Positions 53,944-61,684 of a stretch of 64,000 nt of DNA are shown in pieces. How positions within the stretch are numbered: the stretch's first letter is position 1; the number at the start of each line of letters is the position of its first letter. The notes beneath the pieces were generated by a model. That model worked only from the letters and a program-made list of their open reading frames with translations, was not told where the DNA came from and did no database searches. Location: positions 315,824 through 379,823 of the forward strand of contig JANLHL010000038.1 of NCBI GenBank assembly GCA_024654535.1, given 5' to 3'. The position numbers and the translations under genes are program-made. The DNA is from Candidatus Roizmanbacteria bacterium (GTDB lineage: Bacteria; Patescibacteriota; Microgenomatia; UBA1406).

Positions 53944-54957
53944 CTAGTTCAAATCTGAAGTAAGACTTATTTCCACTGGTGATTTTTTTAATAATCCAAA
54001 CCTGTATGGACCATATTCTGCTTCATGCTGAGCTGGAAACAAATTATTATCCATTTGATGTCTTCTTTCATCTATCAACTCTCGGATAACTATTTTTTTT
54101 TCTTCAAAAGTTAATCCTATTAATCTGCGTTCAGGATAAATGACACATGAATTTCCACCTGTTGGACCAATCCGTAACCTTGTACATCCGGCTCCAGGAC
54201 AAGGCCATCCATTTGAAAAAGGAGCAATGATGCCTATAGTCATATCCTGATATTCTCCTCCGAGAGTGTAGTATTCTGAATGTGCATTTTGTTTATCAAA
54301 TTGATCTCTTTTTAGATCATCAATTGGAGCAATTTCTCTTATAGCATTGAGAATATCTTCTTTAGGCACGTGATTTTGAGCGAAAAAATCAGGACTAGCC
54401 TCCATATACGGTCCTTGTGGAGTTAATTCACAAAATCGTACCATTACGCCTGTTTTTCTAGAAAATTCAACAAAATCTCTCATTTCGTCAAGGTTATCTT
54501 TCATAACAACCATATTAATTGAAACATGACTTCCGAATAAATTACGTGCTTTTTCAATTGAACCTAGGACTAGGTGAAGAGCGTCAACCCCGGTAATTAA
54601 TTTGAATTTGTCTTGGTTGAGAGTATCAAGGCTAATATTGACGCCAGTCAAACCTGCATTTGCTAAATTTTCTGCCATTTTATAAAAAAGTGCGCCATTT
54701 GTGGTCATTTCAATAGTTTCAACACCTTCATTTTTTATTCCAGCAACTAATTCAACAATATCTTTTCTCTTTGTTGGCTCACCTCCTGTTAAATGAACTA
54801 TCTTGATGCCTAACTGAAATCCTGCACGCACCGTTTCAATCACCTCACTTGTTGTCATCATGTTTGGGTTAGATTCTTTTTTAGGATTACAATAAATACA
54901 TGCAAAGTTGCAACCAGGGTCGGCTGTTATACGTAAAAATTTAAAAGGATTTTCCAT
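53944..54957 (-). CDS. MoaA-like radical SAM enzyme (GTP 3',8-cyclase family homologue; orphan and atypical)
   Basis: FLRITADPGCNFACIYCNP (CxxxCxxC), VHLTGGEPTKRKD, MTTNG, and a C-terminal cluster PCPGAGCTRLRIGPTGGNSC. It ends ...LTSDLN with no terminal Gly-Gly. Its stop codon abuts the tRNA-Val 3' end. Confidence 0.8.
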   Translation of the reverse strand: MENPFKFLRITADPGCNFACIYCNPKKESNPNMMTTSEVIETVRAGFQLGIKIVHLTGGEPTKRKDIVELVAGIKNEGVETIEMTTNGALFYKMAENLANAGLTGVNISLDTLNQDKFKLITGVDALHLVLGSIEKARNLFGSHVSINMVVMKDNLDEMRDFVEFSRKTGVMVRFCELTPQGPYMEASPDFFAQNHVPKEDILNAIREIAPIDDLKRDQFDKQNAHSEYYTLGGEYQDMTIGIIAPFSNGWPCPGAGCTRLRIGPTGGNSCVIYPERRLIGLTFEEKKIVIRELIDERRHQMDNNLFPAQHEAEYGPYRFGLLKKSPVEISLTSDLN

Positions 54958-54988
54958 AAATATTAGTTTGAATTATATGGTAACCTGT

Positions 54989-54997
54989 ATTATACCA
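54989..54997 (-). promoter_or_regulatory. Extended -10 TGGTATAAT, upstream of the radical SAM gene (31-nt leader)
   Basis: Minus strand reads gaTGGTATAAT. A second TATAAT (54972-54977) lies 14 nt from the ATG. Either way, this gene does not follow the 5-9 nt rule. Confidence 0.4.
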
Positions 54998-55152
54998 TCG
55001 GCATATAAGAAGGCTCTATAAACCTTATGATGCTCTGATAATCTGTAAATATACTCAACAAATTCTTCCTAAAATTCGTTTTCAAGGAGTTCTAAGTTTG
55101 TCGCCGACGGTTTACATTCCGGCAAGTACAGCGTGAATTAACTATCTATGAT

Positions 55153-55698
55153 TTACTTGTTAAGTTTTTTTCTTATAGCCAGTTGAACAGCATTAGCGGT
55201 CATGGCATCATTAATTTTGCCAGAGTCTATCATGGCATAGATTTCATCAAAGTTAAAAAATCGGTGATCAGTTAGTTGTTCACCAACTTCTGTGCTAATT
55301 TTTTGTATTATTTCACTTTCAGTAATTACCATAAAAAGTGATACTTTTTCAGTATTGAAACTATGCAGTGGGTAAAATGATCCCAAACTAATTAGCGAAG
55401 TTGAGTTGATGATGACTCCGGCTTCTTCTTTTAGCTCTCGAATCGCCGCATCTGGGATCGATTCACCATCATCTACTCCACCGCCTTGTATTTCCCAACT
55501 GTAATTTTGAATCACATAACGGTGTTCCTTATGAAGCAATATCTTGTTGTTTACACTTACTACTACGATAGCAACTCCATTCTTTCTTTGCACATAGGCA
55601 TACGTGCTTTTTTCCCCATTTGGTAGTACTATCACGTCTTGAAAAAGTTTTAACCAGGCGTCGCTATAGATTTGCTTTTCGCTTATTTTCTTGATCAT
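55153..55698 (-). CDS. NUDIX hydrolase (ADP-ribose pyrophosphatase-like)
   Basis: Nudix box GGGVDDGESIPDAAIRELKEEAGV. Confidence 0.85.
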   Translation of the reverse strand: MIKKISEKQIYSDAWLKLFQDVIVLPNGEKSTYAYVQRKNGVAIVVVSVNNKILLHKEHRYVIQNYSWEIQGGGVDDGESIPDAAIRELKEEAGVIINSTSLISLGSFYPLHSFNTEKVSLFMVITESEIIQKISTEVGEQLTDHRFFNFDEIYAMIDSGKINDAMTANAVQLAIRKKLNK

Positions 55699-55707
55699 AG
55701 GTAACTA

Positions 55708-55716
55708 ATTTTAGCA
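55708..55716 (-). promoter_or_regulatory. Extended -10 TGCTAAAAT, 9 nt before the Nudix ATG
   Basis: Minus strand reads TGCTAAAAT-tagttacct-ATG. Confidence 0.5.
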
Positions 55717-55891
55717 AAATTGATGTTTCACTACCAAAATAAACTTCACGGTCTAAGTTGATTTTTGTTCGAAAGAAAACACAAATATCTCTAACCAAGA
55801 CGATATCACATATTTTTCTTTAAGTCTGATGTTCTATGTCTTAGAGGGATTTATTCCTAACGACGAACAAATATAACATTTGTTTTGTCTA

Positions 55892-56050
55892 TTACTTACC
55901 TTTACTTGCAAGCACAGTATTCACAATTGCTGTTCCTGCAATAATCAGTAGTCCTAGGTTTACTGCGCCAGTTGAAGATAGTATCACGAAGAATATCAAC
56001 ACACTCAGTAATAAAGTTACTAGATTTGAAAGTATTAGCCACATTTTCAT
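55892..56050 (-). CDS. Candidate small 2-TM membrane protein (52 aa), below the ORF-track size cutoff
   Basis: Hand translation: MKMWLILSNLVTLLLSVLIFFVILSSTGAVNLGLLIIAGTAIVNTVLASKGK. TATAAT lies ~36 nt upstream and GGAG lies 11 nt upstream. Confidence 0.35.
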   Translation of the reverse strand: MKMWLILSNLVTLLLSVLIFFVILSSTGAVNLGLLIIAGTAIVNTVLASKGK

Positions 56051-56168
56051 AATGAAATCATCTCCAATCTTCTCATTCGTTCATTATATATTCTTTGCTA
56101 TTTTATATAGCAGATTACTGCAAGAGCATCATGTTCTGAGACGTGTCGATTTGATAAGTAAATCGTCG

Positions 56169-56501
56169 CTACTTTTGTGGAAGCTGCGGTTGTTGGGGGT
56201 TGGGCGTGGCATGGGTAACAACACAGGTACCATCGCGTAGATATAATGTTTTGAAAAAAGTAACAGGGATATCTGCGATAGTGACGCTACTACTTGATTC
56301 AAGTATCTGTTCAGGGCAAGATCCGCCTTCTTCGAGTACATTACCTGTTCTATTCACCGTAGGTGATCCGTCTCTGCAAGCTTCGCCATTACAATAGTCT
56401 GCTGACCATCTACCGTAATTAGCACCACACGCAGCTATAGCAAGTGCTAAAAGTGTAGTACCAAGTAATACACCAATTCTTTGTTCAATACCATTCTCCA
56501 T
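56169..56501 (-). CDS. Small Cys-rich putative lipoprotein (110 aa)
   Basis: Signal peptide with a lipobox-like LALAIAAC, and four further Cys residues in the mature part. The start is re-called to the ATG at 56501 (-10 box 8 nt upstream). Confidence 0.5.
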   Translation of the reverse strand: MENGIEQRIGVLLGTTLLALAIAACGANYGRWSADYCNGEACRDGSPTVNRTGNVLEEGGSCPEQILESSSSVTIADIPVTFFKTLYLRDGTCVVTHATPNPQQPQLPQK

Positions 56502-56509
56502 GCGCCTAT

Positions 56510-56518
56510 AGTATAGCA
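56510..56518 (-). promoter_or_regulatory. Extended -10 TGCTATACT, 8 nt before the ATG at 56501
   Basis: Minus strand reads TGCTATACT-ataggcgc-ATG. Confidence 0.55.
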
Positions 56519-56544
56519 AACATGCTGCTTAGCTCTAAATATTT

Positions 56545-56553
56545 TGTTACAAT
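56545..56553 (+). promoter_or_regulatory. Extended -10 TGTTACAAT, 7 nt before the ATG at 56561
   Basis: TGTTACAAT-ttactac-ATG. Confidence 0.55.
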
Positions 56554-56560
56554 TTACTAC

Positions 56561-56857
56561 ATGCGAACAGTTACAAACGGGATTATTGCAGGTATTTTAC
56601 TGGGGATAGTAGACGTGCTTCTTATGATGCCGCTTTCATTTCCAGATAAAAAAGCCGCTCTTTTAGGTGCGTTCATAAACAGATTTGCGATTGGATTTGT
56701 TGTGGTAAATATGAATTTGCCAGTACCATTTTGGGTTAAAGGCATAGTCGTGGGTTTGTTCCTCAGTTTACCTGATGCAATTATTACTAAATCATATATT
56801 CCAATACTGGGCACGGGGATTGTAGGAGGCTTATTAGTAAGTTTTTTTACAAAGTAA
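56561..56857 (+). CDS. Small 3-4 TM membrane protein (98 aa), unknown function
   Basis: MRTVTNGIIAGILLGIVDVLLMMPL... The start is re-called from 56522 to 56561 on promoter evidence. Confidence 0.5.
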   Translation: MRTVTNGIIAGILLGIVDVLLMMPLSFPDKKAALLGAFINRFAIGFVVVNMNLPVPFWVKGIVVGLFLSLPDAIITKSYIPILGTGIVGGLLVSFFTK

Positions 56858-56910
56858 GATTATTCAAAATTGATTTATCCAAACCCTTAATAGATATCAT
56901 TTGTTTAAAA

Positions 56911-56916
56911 TACAAT
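56911..56916 (+). promoter_or_regulatory. -10 box TACAAT, 8 nt before the ATG at 56925
   Basis: TACAAT-ctaaatat-ATG. Confidence 0.45.
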
Positions 56917-56924
56917 CTAAATAT

Positions 56925-57776
56925 ATGATTTCAGAAAACAATACAATAGTTTTGAAAAGCGGTAGAAAGCTTGGATATGCGCTCTACGGTAGTAAAAAAG
57001 GTACACCACTGTTTTATTTCCACGGATGGCCAAGTTCCCGTTTTGATGGCACGCGTGTAGACAAAGTTGCGAAAAAGTTGAACATACTGGTAATCGCTCC
57101 CGACCGTCCTGGGATTGGCATTTCAGATTATAAGAAAGATAGAACATTGCTTGGTTTTCCGGATGATATTGTGGAATTGGCAGATTCTTTAGGTTTTCGA
57201 AAATTTTCTGCTATGGGTGTTTCTGGCGGTGGCCCATACGCAGCTGTATGTGCCTACACACTGCCAAAACGAGTCCAGAAAGCGGCAATAGTAGTTGGGC
57301 TTGCACCACCCTATATAAAAAACATTTGCGAAGGTATGGCATGGCCAAACAAAATGTCATGGGAAAACTATCACCGGTTTCCTATTTTGAGTACGCTTGC
57401 TGGATATTCTGTTTTTTTTCAAACAAAACTTGGTTTGGTTGACATATCTCAACTATTGTCTTTTGGAGCAGATAGACAGATGAGAAATGAAGACGCCTAT
57501 AAAGCACTACTCAATAAAGTAAGAAAAGCAGTACTGCAACAAGGTGTAAAAGGGATAATACAGGATTTAGAACTCTATGCAAATAGTTGGGGTTTCGATG
57601 TGAAGCGTATAAAAATACCAGTATATCTGTGGTATGGAGAAGATGATAAGAATGTATCGTTGGCTATGGGGAAGTATTACAAAAAGCGCATTCCCAAAAG
57701 TACGCTAACTGTGTATGAAGGCGGACATCTGGGTTGGGTGAAACACGCAGGAGAAATATTAAAACATCTGCGATAA
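56925..57776 (+). CDS. Alpha/beta-fold hydrolase
   Basis: FYFHGWPSSR, nucleophile elbow GVSGGG, and C-terminal YEGGGH-like EGGHLG. Confidence 0.8.
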   Translation: MISENNTIVLKSGRKLGYALYGSKKGTPLFYFHGWPSSRFDGTRVDKVAKKLNILVIAPDRPGIGISDYKKDRTLLGFPDDIVELADSLGFRKFSAMGVSGGGPYAAVCAYTLPKRVQKAAIVVGLAPPYIKNICEGMAWPNKMSWENYHRFPILSTLAGYSVFFQTKLGLVDISQLLSFGADRQMRNEDAYKALLNKVRKAVLQQGVKGIIQDLELYANSWGFDVKRIKIPVYLWYGEDDKNVSLAMGKYYKKRIPKSTLTVYEGGHLGWVKHAGEILKHLR

Positions 57777-57789
57777 AGTAAAATAAATC

Positions 57790-58389
57790 ATGGATAGAAA
57801 TGCAAAACAAAAATGGTACAAGAAACTGATAGGTATTGTTTCTACAAAAGATTTACAAACTCGCTATTTGGAACTTGTTCAACTTCACGCGACAACTACT
57901 CATGCATACATATCTGCGTTAGAGAAAATAACGAAAGACAAAGCGAAGGAAGCTAGTAGCGATGGACGATCTGTAGCGCTTGTTGTTGCCCATATTATGG
58001 CGTGGGAAGAATGGCAGATTCAAATATTTACGGATCAGAATAAAGAAAAAAGGCTACAAAAACAGATGATACTTCAAGGATATTATGATACCGACACTCA
58101 AAAAATTGTTGACTTTAAGACCGTTGATGCATTCAATGCGTACTCTGCTAAAAGATATTCGCAACATTCATGGCAAGAAATCAAACAAAAAGCAGTACAT
58201 ACAGCATTGAAACTGCAATCATTATTTCCTATTACAGTATCAAAAGAATGGATTGATTTTTTGCAAAATTCTCCTAAACACAATTGGAAAATATTGCCAA
58301 AGATTACACTGACAATTCCATCGGGTTGGTATCTTTGGATGGTGTCACTCGAGCATGAAGCGGTTGAACACGCTGCTGATTTATACTAA
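57790..58389 (+). CDS. Hypothetical helical-bundle protein (tentatively ClbS/DfsB- or DinB-like)
   Basis: VALVVAHIMAWEEWQIQIF and the following helices resemble the DUF1706/ClbS pattern. This is a weak, by-eye call only. Confidence 0.4.
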   Translation: MDRNAKQKWYKKLIGIVSTKDLQTRYLELVQLHATTTHAYISALEKITKDKAKEASSDGRSVALVVAHIMAWEEWQIQIFTDQNKEKRLQKQMILQGYYDTDTQKIVDFKTVDAFNAYSAKRYSQHSWQEIKQKAVHTALKLQSLFPITVSKEWIDFLQNSPKHNWKILPKITLTIPSGWYLWMVSLEHEAVEHAADLY

Positions 58390-59015
58390 CTTTTCTCTTC
58401 TTTGTTTACGTTCCACAACCGCAATCCTCCATATCCTACAAGTAAGCATCCTACTATTCCGTTCAGTGTCTGTATTAGTAAAACTGGAATAGTACCTTTG
58501 ATGGTAGAAAATAGAATAACAGACGTTCCCATAAACAAAAATGTCGCAAAACCTGTGCCCAAGCCAAACAACAAGAGTTGTTTTCTTTTGTAATCATATT
58601 CTATAGCTTTGGCAGTAAACAGACTGGTAAAAAATACTATCGTCATAGGGCTAGATAACGTAATTAAAAACACTGATAAAAAACTGCCTTTGATAGTACT
58701 TGTAGTATCGATTAACGTCTTCGACATTCCTACTGTTTCGAGTACGCTTTTTAATATTAGAAATCCAAAGATGATTAATACGGTTGAGCTTACAATGCCA
58801 AAAATATTTTTCACTTTCTTTTTTTTAAGTACTTTGCCAATCCCTAAAATAGCAAGCGAAATGTATAGGTAATCAACAAGCGTTACACCAAGTACGCCTG
58901 CAAAACCATCTAGTATTGTTTTTTGCAGTGATAAGTTAATGATGAAGAAGAAAACCGGACCGATAGCAAGCTGTAGAGTCAAACCAGTTAAAAGACCGTT
59001 TCTGAATTCTCTCAT
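58386..59015 (-). CDS. LysE/RhtB family amino-acid exporter
   Basis: Six TMs and an N-terminal GLLTGLTLQLAIGPVFFFII pattern. Confidence 0.8.
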   Translation of the reverse strand: MREFRNGLLTGLTLQLAIGPVFFFIINLSLQKTILDGFAGVLGVTLVDYLYISLAILGIGKVLKKKKVKNIFGIVSSTVLIIFGFLILKSVLETVGMSKTLIDTTSTIKGSFLSVFLITLSSPMTIVFFTSLFTAKAIEYDYKRKQLLLFGLGTGFATFLFMGTSVILFSTIKGTIPVLLIQTLNGIVGCLLVGYGGLRLWNVNKEEKS

Positions 59016-59021
59016 AGTGAG

Positions 59022-59027
59022 ATTATA
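59022..59027 (-). promoter_or_regulatory. -10 box TATAAT, 6 nt before the ATG at 59015
   Basis: Minus strand reads TATAAT-ctcact-ATG. Confidence 0.5.
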
Positions 59028-59061
59028 TCTAAAGTATGCATTCTTTCAAATATGTGTGCTA

Positions 59062-59067
59062 TATAAT
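59062..59067 (+). promoter_or_regulatory. -10 box TATAAT, 9 nt before the ATG at 59077
   Basis: tgcTATATAAT-gatagatat-ATG. Confidence 0.5.
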
Positions 59068-59076
59068 GATAGATAT

Positions 59077-59685
59077 ATGAGATCATTCAACCTGAACATA
59101 GAAAAGGCACAATCGATCATCAAGAAGTTTTTGAAAACGAGCAATAGACCTATGTTCGTTGCTATAGATGGAAGAAGTGGGACAGGAAAATCTACTATAG
59201 CGAACGAGCTAGCAAAACGCTTAGGTGGTGTTGTAATCCTGTCAGATGATTTTTGGGTCGGAGGTACAGACTCAGAATGGTTAGCACGTAAACCGAAAGA
59301 AAGAGCATCTCTAGCTATAGATTGGATGCGGATAAAAAGCGACGTTCTTGAGCCGCTTCTCGCTGGTAAACGTGCATCTTGGCATCCGTTTGATTGGGAA
59401 AAGGGAAGTGGTTTATCTGAAAAATATATTCATGCAGATTCTAAACAATTGATTATTTTAGATGGGGCTTATTCGACGAGACCTGAATTGTTAGACTTAA
59501 TAGATCTAAGCATACTAGTTGAGCTAACAAATGATTTTATTAGGCGTGAAAGACTTGTTAAAAGAGAGAGTAGGGAATATATGACTAATTGGCATAACAT
59601 TTGGGATTCTGCGGAGGATTACTATTTTACTGAGATTAAGACAAGGGCAAGTTTTGATATAATTATTGCGAATGATTTGCAATAA
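59077..59685 (+). CDS. P-loop kinase (uridine kinase / phosphoribulokinase-like family)
   Basis: FVAIDGRSGTGKSTIANELA (Walker A) and LIILDGAYS. The start is re-called from 58939, which is antisense to the LysE gene. Confidence 0.7.
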   Translation: MRSFNLNIEKAQSIIKKFLKTSNRPMFVAIDGRSGTGKSTIANELAKRLGGVVILSDDFWVGGTDSEWLARKPKERASLAIDWMRIKSDVLEPLLAGKRASWHPFDWEKGSGLSEKYIHADSKQLIILDGAYSTRPELLDLIDLSILVELTNDFIRRERLVKRESREYMTNWHNIWDSAEDYYFTEIKTRASFDIIIANDLQ

Positions 59686-59694
59686 GGTAGTTGC

Positions 59695-59943
59695 TCAAGT
59701 ACCAACCTGTTTACTTACATCGCCAAAATATGGGGGAAAAGCCGCATCAATTGCCGCCTTGGGTGAAAATACTCCATCTCGTGCACCTTTGATCAATTTG
59801 TTTCTCCAATAGGCTATAGTAGCAGGGTCTGTATTGTCTATTGCTGTTTGTATCTGAGCGGAAACATTTTGTAGGTCATCAACTCGTAAGTCTTTATGGT
59901 CATTAACCTGAAAGTCTCTGTTACCACCGTTATTTTCAGCCAT
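59695..59943 (-). CDS. Hypothetical small protein (82 aa)
   Basis: MAENNGGNRDFQVNDH... The start is set by TGCTATAAT 6 nt upstream. Confidence 0.45.
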   Translation of the reverse strand: MAENNGGNRDFQVNDHKDLRVDDLQNVSAQIQTAIDNTDPATIAYWRNKLIKGARDGVFSPKAAIDAAFPPYFGDVSKQVGT

Positions 59944-59949
59944 TTTTCG

Positions 59950-59958
59950 ATTATAGCA
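59950..59958 (-). promoter_or_regulatory. Extended -10 TGCTATAAT, 6 nt before the ATG at 59943
   Basis: Minus strand reads TGCTATAAT-cgaaaa-ATG. Confidence 0.55.
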
Positions 59959-60070
59959 TGCATTTTTTGAAAACTGTAACGAGTTCGCGTGATACAACAT
60001 GGGTAAACATCGAAACCCTATGTATAGGGAATTGGATACATTCGTGCTCAGTATATGGAAAGTAATGTAC

Positions 60071-61600
60071 TCAAGCGGGTTTTATCAGGGTTACTAACCC
60101 CTTTTTAGCATCGATTTCTACGATGTCTCCATCTTTAAGAAGTGCTGTGGCATTACCCGTTCCGACAATGCAGGGAACGCCAAACTCTCTAGCTATGATT
60201 GCTGCATGACAGGTTACCCCGCCTTCATCTGTTATGAATGCTGCTGATTTTTCCATAGCTACAATAAAATCTGGCGTTGTCATAGAAGCGACCAAAATAT
60301 CTCCTCTGTTCACTTTTTCAACCTCACGGTAGTCTGTTAATACCTTTACAACTCCTTGTGCAGTACCCAAAGAAGCTGGTGTTCCTTTTATTACTCTTTG
60401 TCGTTTTGCCGACTTGCCAACGACGGTGTTACCTTTATATTTATCTGCAACTGTATGTTGTAACAACTCAGCTTGCTCTCCGAATGTAGTCGTAACGTTA
60501 TCGTTGATTATAACTATTGCATACCCTTTCATTCTTTCGTTTATCAATATTTCTAAATCTTTTTGTTGGCGCTTGTCTAGTAATAAAGCGACGATTTCAT
60601 CAGATGACAGCATCGTAATTTCTTCCGGTGAAAATCGTAATCTTTGTGCAGCTTCTCGAAGCAGTATTGTCCGGGCATTAAATAATAATCGATCAGATGC
60701 TTCGGTAGTGTATGTCCGTAAGAAAATAAAACTTCGTAAGATATCTGCAATATTTTTAAGTTCCTGAGTGAATGTTTTACTGAGCTTTTTGTATTTCGCT
60801 TGATCGGTTTTTCTTATTGTGACAATTCTTGAAATTTCTTCATCTATATTTTTTGAAATAAGATTTTCTAGTCTCTCTAGATATTCTTCTCTTGTGAATG
60901 AAATATCTTCTATGAAGATTGGGCCCTTCATCCACGAATATTTAGACACATGGTTTGCTAGTTTCTTATATAGATCATTAGGAAGATTGTCTAGTGTATA
61001 ACCGCTCTTCTTTATAGACTGCGCAATATAGAGTAGCTCTAATGGTTCATCAGCATAGGCAAGTTCACCAAGTTTTGGATAGGTGGCTATTATTGAAAAA
61101 ATTTCATCTACTTTATGTTTCGCTACTCCCATCGACGTTTGAATAAGTTTTTTTATTTTTGTATCGAGATAGGCGTCTGGTCGAGAAGAAGCTGGTATAA
61201 AAGACATAGTATACTTTTCTTGAAAACTCAAAATTGCTTCAGCAAGTCTGCTGTCTGAAATAGTTCGAGTATCTACTTTTTTTAAATCATCAGCATAGTT
61301 GTTAACGTCCTTGGCAATCTTAAATATATTTTTCACAAAAGACTTTAAGAAATCGGGGTCTTTTTTGAGTATATTTTCGAACACACGGTTGTATTTCGAA
61401 GTTTCATAATCGGTATAGTACTCGTCACCATTTAATATTAAATAATTTTCTTGAGCAATATCGAGCCCGATGTATTTAATAAGAGTTTGAGGTTTGTTTG
61501 CAAGAATTTGAGTATTTTCTACAAACCAGTTAAATTTTCGGGTAACATAGAAATGCCATTCTTTTTCGCATATAATATTAATTAGCACATCGTTGCTCAT
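60071..61600 (-). CDS. PEP-utilising-enzyme mobile (swivel phosphohistidine) domain protein with an unrecognised ~380-aa helical N-terminal region
   Basis: C-terminal GDILVASMTTPDFIVAMEKSAAFITDEGGVTCHAAIIAREFGVPCIVG. I recognised no ATP-grasp or PEP/pyruvate TIM-barrel motifs. Confidence 0.75.
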   Translation of the reverse strand: MSNDVLINIICEKEWHFYVTRKFNWFVENTQILANKPQTLIKYIGLDIAQENYLILNGDEYYTDYETSKYNRVFENILKKDPDFLKSFVKNIFKIAKDVNNYADDLKKVDTRTISDSRLAEAILSFQEKYTMSFIPASSRPDAYLDTKIKKLIQTSMGVAKHKVDEIFSIIATYPKLGELAYADEPLELLYIAQSIKKSGYTLDNLPNDLYKKLANHVSKYSWMKGPIFIEDISFTREEYLERLENLISKNIDEEISRIVTIRKTDQAKYKKLSKTFTQELKNIADILRSFIFLRTYTTEASDRLLFNARTILLREAAQRLRFSPEEITMLSSDEIVALLLDKRQQKDLEILINERMKGYAIVIINDNVTTTFGEQAELLQHTVADKYKGNTVVGKSAKRQRVIKGTPASLGTAQGVVKVLTDYREVEKVNRGDILVASMTTPDFIVAMEKSAAFITDEGGVTCHAAIIAREFGVPCIVGTGNATALLKDGDIVEIDAKKGLVTLIKPA

Positions 61601-61607
61601 TGTATGT

Positions 61608-61636
61608 AAGCTAGCATTAGCAAACTATTTTGTCAA
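61608..61636 (-). promoter_or_regulatory. Promoter TTGACA-17-TAGCTT, 7 nt before the ATG at 61600
   Basis: -35 TTGACA (61636-61631), 17-nt spacer, -10 TAGCTT (61613-61608). Confidence 0.5.
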
Positions 61637-61673
61637 ACGCTGCGCGAATTCTGTTATTGAGACAAAATTTGGA

Positions 61674-61679
61674 TACAAT
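61674..61679 (+). promoter_or_regulatory. -10 box TACAAT, 5 nt before the ATG at 61685
   Basis: tggaTACAAT-actgt-ATG. Confidence 0.45.
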
Positions 61680-61684
61680 ACTGT

